DNA from: Balanoglossus misakiensis
Taxonomy: Eukaryota > Animalia > Hemichordata
Reading direction: 5' to 3'
DNA: 64,000 bases
Assembly (NCBI GenBank): GCA_040954595.2
Contig: CM082592.2
Location: 12,253,796 to 12,317,795, forward strand
Below, piece after piece: positions 55,365 through 64,000 of the stretch. The notes beneath the pieces are model-generated. The model did not search any database, had not been told where the DNA came from, and saw only the letters and a list, made by a program, of their open reading frames with translations. The translations under genes were made by a program, and so were the position numbers. Each line of letters begins with the position of its first letter. Positions within the stretch are counted from its first letter, which is position 1.

Positions 55365-56597
55365 GCAACCCAATAAAATACTTGCATCTTGGCAGATGAA
55401 GTCTGAATGCAAAATAAAGAGAAGACATAGATTTTCAGTCGGCATTTTAAGAGTTTATAATGAGAATGTAGAGAAAACTTATAGATTGTCTTCCGTCCAG
55501 TTTTCTTATAAAGTGACACAATCTCTCTTTTTGAGCTTTGAATGTTGTCAAGTATACATTGAATACTTGCATTAAATTTTTGTGTTAAAAAATAATGATT
55601 TTTAAAATCACCATTCTGTATCAAACGAAATTAATCTCTAAAAGATCAAAAAGAGAGAATGTTGCTGTTTAATCTAATGATACAGTGGGGACTATGACAT
55701 TAACTTTCCTTACATGTTCCCTTGAGCTCACTGGTTATGTGTTATGATAAGGAATGATTCAGATTAGGACACAGTATTAATTATTTAACTGTAGCCTAAA
55801 TGTCCATAGATACAGTATTTCTTAGAATTACAAGTTTGCACAGAGCAAACTTTGTTCAGTGAATTTTGCAGTCAAAGGAATTTGATTCAATTTATGAAAT
55901 TGTTTGTGCCATTTCAGCCATTTGTTAATTTCAACACTAAACCTAACCCTAACCCTACCCCTAACCCTAACCCTTACCCTAACCCTAACCCTAACCCTAA
56001 CCCTAACCCTAACCCTAACAACTAATACTTTGGCTGGAATGGTAAACAGGCTCGGGGAAACTTTGTTTAATAATGGTCTCCAATTTGTTCACCAGTTAAA
56101 AGTTCACTGATGAAAATATGTTTAAGTATTGTATTGTAATTCAATTTAAATTAGCTGTCATTCCCAAAACCTGATAGTGAAGGTCAGGAAAATTAAAAAA
56201 ATTGAATTGTATGGGTACAAAATTGTTCTCTATGTATGCATTTATGAATGTATGTAATGTATGTATGTATGTATGTATGTATGTATGTACGCATGTATGC
56301 ATGTATGCATGTATGCATGTATGTAATGTATGCATGTATGCATGTATGTAATGTGTGCATGTATGTATGAAATGTATTCATGCATGTATTAGTGTATGCG
56401 TATGTGAATTCCTAATGCATCCTTGTCCGAATTTTAACTTGTCATGTAATTACTACGCCCACTTTCACCGCGCCGTTACGACAGCAAGTCGACTGCAACT
56501 TGGCCCACTTTAACCGCGCCGTTAGGACAGCAAGTCGACCGCAACCTGGCCCACTTTCACCGCGCTGTTAGGACAGCAAGTCGACCGCAACCTGGCC
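55365..56597 (+). repeat. Left arm of ~1.23-kb inverted repeat
   Basis: Reverse complement of 60435..61673; mirrored ORFs in the track (55904+/60934-, 55277-/61414+). Confidence 0.92.
55942..56019 (-). repeat. Interstitial telomeric repeat (CCCTAA)~13
   Basis: Directly visible, two variant units. Confidence 0.9.
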
Positions 56598-56839
56598 CAC
56601 TTTCACCGCGCCGTCTGGACAGCAAGTCGACCGCAACCTGGCCCACTTTCACCGCCCCGTCAGGACAGCAAGTCGACCGCAACCTGGCACACTTTCACCG
56701 CGCCGTCAGGACAGCAAGTCGACCGCAACTAGGCCCACTTTCACCGCGCCGTCAGGACAGCAAGTCGACCGCAACTTGGCCCACTTTCACTGCGCCGTCA
56801 GGACAGCAAGTCCACCGCAACCTGGCCCACTTTCACCGC
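56458..56839. repeat. 46-bp GC-rich tandem repeat, ~8.3 copies; variant units at 56958..57059
   Basis: cccactttcaccgcgccgtcaggacagcaagtcgaccgcaacctgg at 56458, 56504, 56550, 56596, 56642, 56688, 56734, 56780, 56826. Confidence 0.92.
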
Positions 56840-57259
56840 ACCCTCCTCCGACTCCTCCTCCACCTCCACCTCCACCTCCACCTCCACCTCCACCTCCAGC
56901 TCCAGCTCCACCTCCAGCTCCACCTCCAGCTCCAGCTCCAGCTCCACCTCCAGCTCCAACTTGGCCCAGATTCACCGCGCCGTTACGACAGGAAGTCGGC
57001 CGTTACGACAGGAAGTCGCCCCCAACTTGGCCCAGATTCACCGCGCCGTTACGACAGGATTCTGAAATGAATCTCCTGGAGCATATCACTTACTCAAGTC
57101 ATCTACACTTCCTATTTATAGCAAGCAGGTCATCTATTTTGGTGCCAAATCATCTCTGTGCACTATTTTCGGAAAATGGCTGTGCTAGTTCTGTTCTCTA
57201 ATGGTACCTGTAGTGGTATGACTGTCTGACTCCCATCCCAAGGAAGACACATTTTTTTT

Positions 57260-57345
<86 letters not shown>

Positions 57346-57970
57346 CCTCCACCTCCACCTCCACCTCCACCACCTCCTCCTCCTCCTCCAACTCCTCCTC
57401 CAACTCCTCCAACTCCTCCTCCAACTCCTCCTCCTCCTCCTCCAACTCCTCCTCCTCCTCCTCCTCCTCCTCCAACTCCTCCTCCTCCAACTCCTCCTCC
57501 AACTCCTCCTCCTCCTCCTCCTTCTCCAACTCCTCCTCCTCCTCCTCCCCCTCCTCCAACTCCTCCAACTCCTCCTCCAACTCCTCCAACTCCTCCTCCA
57601 ACTCCTCCAACTCCTCCTCCAACTCCTCCTCCAACTCCTCCTCCTCCTCCAACTCCTCCTCCTCCTCCAACTCCTCCAACTCCTCCAACTCCTCCTCCAA
57701 CTCCTCCTCCAACTCCTCCAACTCCTCCTCCAACTCCTCCAACTCCTCCAACTCCTCCTCCAACTCCTCCAACTCCTCCTCCAACTCCTCCAACTCCTCC
57801 TCCAACTCCTCCTCCAACTCCTCCAACTCCTCCTCCAACTCCTCCTCCAACTCCTCCAACTCCTCCTCCAACTTCTCCTCCAACTCCTCCAACTCCTCCT
57901 CCAACTCCTCCTCCAACTCCAACCTCTCCTCCAACTCCTCCTCCTCCTCCTCCAACTCCTCCAACTCCTC
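57260..57970. repeat. (TCA)n followed by (CTC)n/CAA low-complexity pyrimidine-rich tract
   Basis: Directly visible; source of the poly-E and poly-G ORFs. Confidence 0.95.
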
Positions 57971-58215
57971 CTTTGCTGCTGCTTGAAAACATACGTTCAC
58001 ATATGTCAGATGATGGACACATACAGATAACAGAACATTACAGGATTCAATGTCAATTTACAACTCCACACAATGCACACCATCTAATGAACGTTCAACT
58101 TGTCTGAGCGAGTATTATGGCTAACAATAGAAAGCACACAAATATTCTGTGTAAGAAACATAAGACGTAAAATTCAGGAAGCTTGTCTGTTGAGATGTGT
58201 CACTGTAAAACTTAC

Positions 58216-58513
58216 ATTTGTCTGTGGCAAGCTGCTGGCAGTAAATGACAATGTTTGAGTAAACAGGCCAGAGTACATCTGGATGCAGCGTCCAGAAGTG
58301 GTTCCTCTGTTACTTCATTTGTATCCCAATCTGTGAAGACAACAATTAAGTTTCAGTCACAGCCTTCAGTGGATTCAAACCTTGCCAAGTGACTCTTCTG
58401 CTAAGAACCACAGAGAGTTTTCACTTACCCCTGTGCCTCGCATATTCCTGCATATTCATCCATATTGACTGTGCCGGCTCTCTGCTTATTCCTAGGATGA
58501 GATCCATTAATAC
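58216..58513 (-). pseudogene. HERC1: HERC1 gene fragment A (truncated exon 58429..58513 plus exon 58216..58330)
   Basis: VLMDLILGISREPAQSIWMNMQEYARHR|DWDTNEVTEEPLLDAASRCTLACLLKHCHLL resembles vertebrate HERC1 as I recall it (DLALGCSKEPARSLWISMQDYA...DWD...LLD..SRF.LAALLKH); gtaagt donors and cag acceptor intact. Confidence 0.8.
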
Positions 58514-60434
58514 ATTCTGCGTGGATCTTCAGGAAGGTACCTTCTCACACCTGCGGACATTCCTGGAACGTTATTGTGATGGCTTTGATCGTCCCAAACC
58601 ACCACCACCTTTCCCAGCAGCTAGGTAAGTTCCAAGCTCTAACTCCAACTGTCCCTTTGAAAGAAGATCAAAATGTCAACCAAAGAATTGAAATATCATT
58701 ATGTTCATTCCTTTACTTCAGAGAACACCATCACTTCGTCATGTTGTGTTTGAAGCTGCTGTGTACACACCTACAGTTGGCGTTAGCCGGTGGTGTTGCA
58801 GCCACTATTCTTGGCAATCAGGCAAGACCTCTGCGACATCTTCTATTTAGACTCATGGACTCTAACACGCCTGAGTCAGTCCAACAGGTAAGTCATCCCA
58901 GACACTCTCATAGCTTTACTCAAGTAACACGTATACATGTATGTATGCTAATATTGGATAGCTTTCAATTGTTATCGAGAGATCTGAAAATTAATAATCA
59001 GTCTCATTTACTATTAAATACAAAACTGACAATGACATATTGTTTTGTAAACAACGTCAACAGGCTGTAAGTGAAACCTTGTCAGTTGGAGCACCTTTAC
59101 TTCTACCACCATTACGTGAAAGGATGGAACTTTTGCATTCTCTACTGCCTCAAGGACCAGACAGATGGGATGGCCTCTCAAAGGGACAGGTAATCCTAAG
59201 TCTTCATTTGTCACTAAGGTTATCAGCATCAAATGTCACATCAAATGATGGCATATCATCTTATCCAGAGTATTAAAATATTTAATTGCATGGGAATAAT
59301 ATTACTAATCTTCTGGAGTGTTCTTCTGCTACGTATGGCTGAGCTCTATTTTTTTATTCGATTTTTCCTCTTCCAAAGAAAAATAAAACTTTAAGAATAT
59401 TTGAACATGAATATTTGTTTTCTTTTCCAGAGAATGCAACTCGGAATAATTCTTACCAGTCTACAAGATAACACTCATGTAGCCTCACTTCTTGGGTTTT
59501 CCTCCCCACTGGATATGGATTTAGAACCCAGAAATGTCCAAGCTACCAGCAGTCAACAAGATACACACCTTGCTGAAGTCTTAATGAAAACTTTACTCAG
59601 AAATTTAGGCTTCCATACAGTAAGATGGTTATCTCTTTAGGAGAACATAACTTAACCCTTACATGTCCATTTCCTCTAAAATGACTGTGCAGTCTTTTTC
59701 AGTTTCAACAGAAAAGGACTGATAATAACAAACCCTTATTCTGTTTTATTGAACATGTGAATAAATTGCATATGTGTGGTATGACAGGCCTTGTCAAAAA
59801 CACGATTTTTCTTGAAAAAATTCCAGGAACAGGCATTTGGTGAATTGGAAAAGAACAGTGATAAAGATCCTAGTTCCATCTCCTGTGAAGATGGGGCACC
59901 TCCATCACATCTACATGAACTGCTGTCGTCATTACAGAAACACTTGTTGGCTTTCATACATGTCAATGCAGGTGAAGAGGTAAGTGCAATCAAACTTCTA
60001 GAGTTGTGTATTATCTCAGAATGTAAGATTGGTTTTCAGGCATTTGAAATGAATTGGTGTGTTAATCTGGGTACATAGCTTGTGCAAAGCTGGCAAATAG
60101 TACCAGTTAATTGAACAGAAATTGTGTACATTGCTTTTTTCATTAAGTTAGATATTCAACTCACTTTCAGATCAGTGTCAGTGTCTCTCTGCTGCACAAA
60201 CATCTGACATTACTGTTACCACATGCTGTTGAAGTTCTGAGCAGATCAGTGTCATTGCTTCAAGAAAGTGCTGGAGTCACTTCATCAGCTGTCAGAGACA
60301 AACTTCGAGGTCAGTATTAACACAGCTCACTTTCTGCCCCTTAGTGTTTAATATCTAAGTTCATAGTTACACTGCAATGTGAAAATGTTTGTTTTGAACC
60401 AGATTTGTCAGTTGTGCTCCAATCCAGCCAGGTT
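58514..60434 (+). pseudogene. HERC1: HERC1 E3 ligase gene fragment B: exons 58514-58624, 58722-58887, 59064-59189, 59431-59619, 59827-59979, 60171-60309 and probable partial exon ~60410-60434
   Basis: FCVDLQEGTFSHLRTFLERYCD...LALAGGVA...LLLPPLRERMELLHSLLPQGPDRW..LSKGQRMQL.IILTSLQD.THVASLLG...QAFGELEKNSDK...HLHELL.SLQK...LLHKHL.LLLPHA is the HERC1 region after the first RCC1-like domain. Frame and splice sites intact, but both ends are cut off within exons. Confidence 0.9.
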
Positions 60435-61673
60435 GGCCAGGTTGCGGTCGACTTGCTGTCCTAACAGCGCGGTGAAAGTGGGCCAGGTTGCGGTCGACTT
60501 GCTGTCCTAACGGCGCGGTTAAAGTGGGCCAAGTTGCAGTCGACTTGCTGTCGTAACGGCGCGGTGAAAGTGGGCGTAGTAATTACATGACAAGTTAAAA
60601 TTCGGACAAGGATGCATTAGGAATTCACATACGCATACACTAATACATGCATGAATACATTTCATACATACATGCACACATTACATACATGCATACATGC
60701 ATACATTACATACATGCATACATGCATACATGCATACATGCATACATACATACATACATACATACATACATACATACATACATACATTACATACATTCAT
60801 AAATGCATACATAGAGAACAATTTTGTACCCATACAATTCAATTTTTTTAATTTTCCTGACCTTCACTATCAGGTTTTGGGAATGACAGCTAATTTAAAT
60901 TGAATTACAATACAATACTTAAACATATTTTCATCAGTGAACTTTTAACTGGTGAACAAATTGGAGACCATTATTAAACAAAGTTTCCCCGAGCCTGTTT
61001 ACCATTCCAGCCAAAGTATTAGTTGTTAGGGTTAGGGTTAGGGTTAGGGTTAGGGTTAGGGTAAGGGTTAGGGTTAGGGGTAGGGTTAGGGTTAGGTTTA
61101 GTGTTGAAATTAACAAATGGCTGAAATGGCACAAACAATTTCATAAATTGAATCAAATTCCTTTGACTGCAAAATTCACTGAACAAAGTTTGCTCTGTGC
61201 AAACTTGTAATTCTAAGAAATACTGTATCTATGGACATTTAGGCTACAGTTAAATAATTAATACTGTGTCCTAATCTGAATCATTCCTTATCATAACACA
61301 TAACCAGTGAGCTCAAGGGAACATGTAAGGAAAGTTAATGTCATAGTCCCCACTGTATCATTAGATTAAACAGCAACATTCTCTCTTTTTGATCTTTTAG
61401 AGATTAATTTCGTTTGATACAGAATGGTGATTTTAAAAATCATTATTTTTTAACACAAAAATTTAATGCAAGTATTCAATGTATACTTGACAACATTCAA
61501 AGCTCAAAAAGAGAGATTGTGTCACTTTATAAGAAAACTGGACGGAAGACAATCTATAAGTTTTCTCTTCATTCTCATTATAAACTCTTAAAATGCCGAC
61601 TGAAAATCTATGTCTTCTCTTTATTTTGCATTCAGACTTCATCTGCCAAGATGCAAGTATTTTATTGGGTTGC
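60435..61673 (-). repeat. Right arm of ~1.23-kb inverted repeat (three 46-bp units, CATA microsatellite, TTAGGG tract)
   Basis: Reverse complement of 55365..56597; differences seen are mainly microsatellite copy number. Confidence 0.92.
61025..61096 (+). repeat. Interstitial telomeric repeat (TTAGGG)~12
   Basis: Directly visible; same variant units as the left tract. Confidence 0.9.
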
Positions 61674-63180
61674 CAGTGCCCCTCCAGTCTGCTCCAGTGC
61701 CCCTCCAGTCTGCTCCAATGCCCCTCCAGTCTGCTCCAATGCCCCTCCAGTCTGCTCCAATGCCCCTCCAGTCTGCTCCAATGGCCCTCCAGTCTGCTCC
61801 AATGCCCCTCCAGTCTGCTCCAATGCCCCTCCAGTCTGCTCCAATGCCCCTCCAGTCTGCTCCAATCTGCTCACTCCAGTCTGCTCCAATGCCCCTCCAG
61901 TCTGCTCCAGTGCCCCTCCAGTCTGCTCCAATGCCCCTCCAGTCTGCTCCAATCTGCTCCCTCCAGTCTGCTCCAATGCCCCTCCAGTCTGCTCCAATCT
62001 GCTCCCTCCAGTCTGCTCCAGTGCCCCTCCAGTCTGCTCCAATCTGCTCCCTCCAGTCTGCTCCAGTGCCCCTCCAGTCTGCTCCAGTGCCCCTCCAGTC
62101 TGCTCCAATCTGCTCCCTCCAGTCTGCTCCAATGCCCCTCCAGTCTGCTCCAATCTGCTCCCTCCAGTCTGCTCCAATGCCCCTCCAGTCTGCTCCAATC
62201 TGCTCCCTCCAGTCTGCTCCAATGCCCCTCCAGTCTGCTCCAATGCCCCTCCAGTCTGCTCCAGTGCCCCTCCAGTCTGCTCCAGTGCCCCTCCAGTCTG
62301 CTCCAGTGCCCCTCCAGTCTGCTCCAGTGCCCCTCCAGTCTGCTCCAGTGCCCCTCCAGTCTGCTCCAGTGCCCCTCCAGTCTGCTCCAATGCCCCTCCA
62401 GTCTGCTCCAGTGCCCCTCCAGTCTGCTCCAGTGCCCCTCCAGTCTGCTCCAATGCCCCTCCAGTCTGCTCCAATGCCCCTCCAGTCTGCTCCAATCTGC
62501 TCCCTCCAGTCTGCTCCAATGCCCCTCCAGTCTGCTCCAGTGCCCCTCCAGTCTGCTCCAATGCCCCTCCAGTCTGCTCCAATCTGCTCCCTCCAGTCTG
62601 CTCCAGTGCCCCTCCAGTCTGCTCCAATCTGCTCCCTCCAGTCTGCTCCAGTGCCCCTCCAGTCTGCTCCAATCTGCTCCCTCCAGTCTGCTCCAGTGCC
62701 CCTCCAGTCTGCTCCAGTGCCCCTCCAGTCTGCTCCAATCTGCTCCCTCCAGTCTGCTCCAATGCCCCTCCAGTCTGCTCCAATCTGCTCCCTCCAGTCT
62801 GCTCCAATGCCCCTCCAGTCTGCTCCAATCTGCTCCCTCCAGTCTGCTCCAATGCCCCTCCAGTCTGCTCCAGTGCCCCTCCAGTCTGCTCCAGTGCCCC
62901 TCCAGTCTGCTCCAGTGCCCCTCCAGTCTGCTCCAGTGCCCCTCCAGTCTGCTCCAGTGCCCCTCCAGTCTGCTCCAGTGCCCCTCCAGTCTGCTCCAGT
63001 GCCCCTCCAGTCTGCTCCAGTGCCCCTCCAGTCTGCTCCAGTGCCCCTCCAGTCTGCTCCAGTGCCCCTCCAGTCTGCTCCAGTGCCCCTCCAGTCTGCT
63101 CCAGTGCCCCTCCAGTCTGCTCCAGTGCCCCTCCAGTCTGCTCCAATGCCCCTCCAGTCTGCTCCAATGCCCCTCCAGTC
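61674..63180. repeat. 21-bp minisatellite (gcccctccagtctgctcca[a/g]t) with interspersed 24-bp variants, ~70 units
   Basis: Directly visible; stop-free in several frames. Confidence 0.95.
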
Positions 63181-63374
63181 TCCTCCAACTCCTCCTCCAA
63201 CTCCTCCAACTCCTCCTCCAACTCCTCCTCCAACTCCTCCAACTCCTCCTCCAACTCCTCCAACTCCTCCTCCTCCTCCTCCAACTCCTCCTCCAACTCC
63301 TCCTCCAACTCCAACCTCTCCTCCAACTCCTCCTCCTCCTCCTCCAACTCCTCCAACTCCTCCTCCAACTCCTC

Positions 63375-63955
63375 CTTTGCTGCTGCTTGAAAACATACGT
63401 TCACATATGTCAGATGATGGACACATACAGATAACAGAACATTACAGGATTCAATGTCAATTTACAACTCCACACAATGCACACCATCTAATGAACGTTC
63501 AACTTGTCTGCGCGAGTATTATGGCTAACAATAGAAAGCACACAAATATTCTGTGTAAGAAACATAAGACGTAAAATTCAGGAAGCTTGTCTGTTGAGAT
63601 GTGTCACTGTAATACTTACATTTGTCTGTGGCAAGCTGCTGGCAGTAAATGACAATGTTTGAGTAAACAGGCCAGAGTACATCTGGATGCAGCGTCCAGA
63701 AGTGGTTCCTCTGTTACTTCATTTGTATCCCAATCTGTGAAGACAACAATTAAGTTTCAGTCACAGCCTTCAGTGGATTCAAACCTTGCCAAGTGACTCT
63801 TCTGCTAAGAACCACAGAGAGTTTTCACTTACCCCTGTGCCTCGCATATTCCTGCATATTCATCCATATTGACTGTGCCGGCTCTCTGCTTATTCCTAGG
63901 ATGAGATCCATTAATACATTCTGCGTGGATCTTCAGGAAGGTACCTTCTCACACC
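63375..63955. pseudogene. HERC1: Second copy of the HERC1 fragment-A / fragment-B junction
   Basis: Direct repeat of 57971..58551 (offset 5404) with two substitutions seen; minus exons 63620-63734 and 63833-63917; plus piece 63918-63955 ends at a variant of the 46-bp repeat. Confidence 0.85.
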
Positions 63956-64000
63956 AGCAACTTCGACCGGATTCACCGCGCCGTTACGACCGGAAGTCGC

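Noticed and set aside
55942-56019. True chromosome end
   Set aside because: Tracts are short, internal and flanked by homologous sequence on both sides.
56458-56839. CRISPR-like appearance of the 46-bp repeats
   Set aside because: Head-to-tail repeats with no unique spacers, no cas genes, eukaryotic context.
57185-58022. Poly-Glu/Asp and poly-Gly ORFs
   Set aside because: Trinucleotide low-complexity DNA with no other coding evidence.
58497-60434. Intact functional HERC1 gene
   Set aside because: Only ~300 aa present, cut within exons at both ends and fused to an inverted piece.
61414-63574. 580-658-aa ORFs in five frames
   Set aside because: By-product of a stop-free minisatellite; open on both strands, start lies in a repeat arm.

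Overview
AT-rich, intron-containing animal genomic DNA (GT-AG introns, TTAGGG repeats, HERC1/BAIAP3/K2P homologs; probably an invertebrate, which is inference). The first ~43 kb is ordinary gene space: a two-exon K2P potassium channel, two spliced low-complexity genes of unknown function, and a 25-exon minus-strand BAIAP3/Munc13-4-type gene (C2A-MUN-C2B, ~1198 aa, all splice phases consistent) whose C2B lacks the loop-3 Ca2+-binding aspartates. Many small non-autonomous elements lie in introns and intergenic DNA. From ~44.5 kb to the end the sequence is almost all repeats: a 473-bp tandem array, ~350-bp repeats, a LINE fragment, a ~283-bp satellite whose units look like exon+intron, then a 1.23-kb inverted repeat containing TTAGGG tracts. 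That inverted repeat brackets two intron-containing pieces of HERC1 fused mid-exon in opposite orientations; the fusion junction recurs 5404 bp downstream, and a 46-bp GC-rich repeat marks several cassette breakpoints. Homology calls come from recalled protein motifs, not database searches; coordinates were counted by hand and may be off by a few bases.
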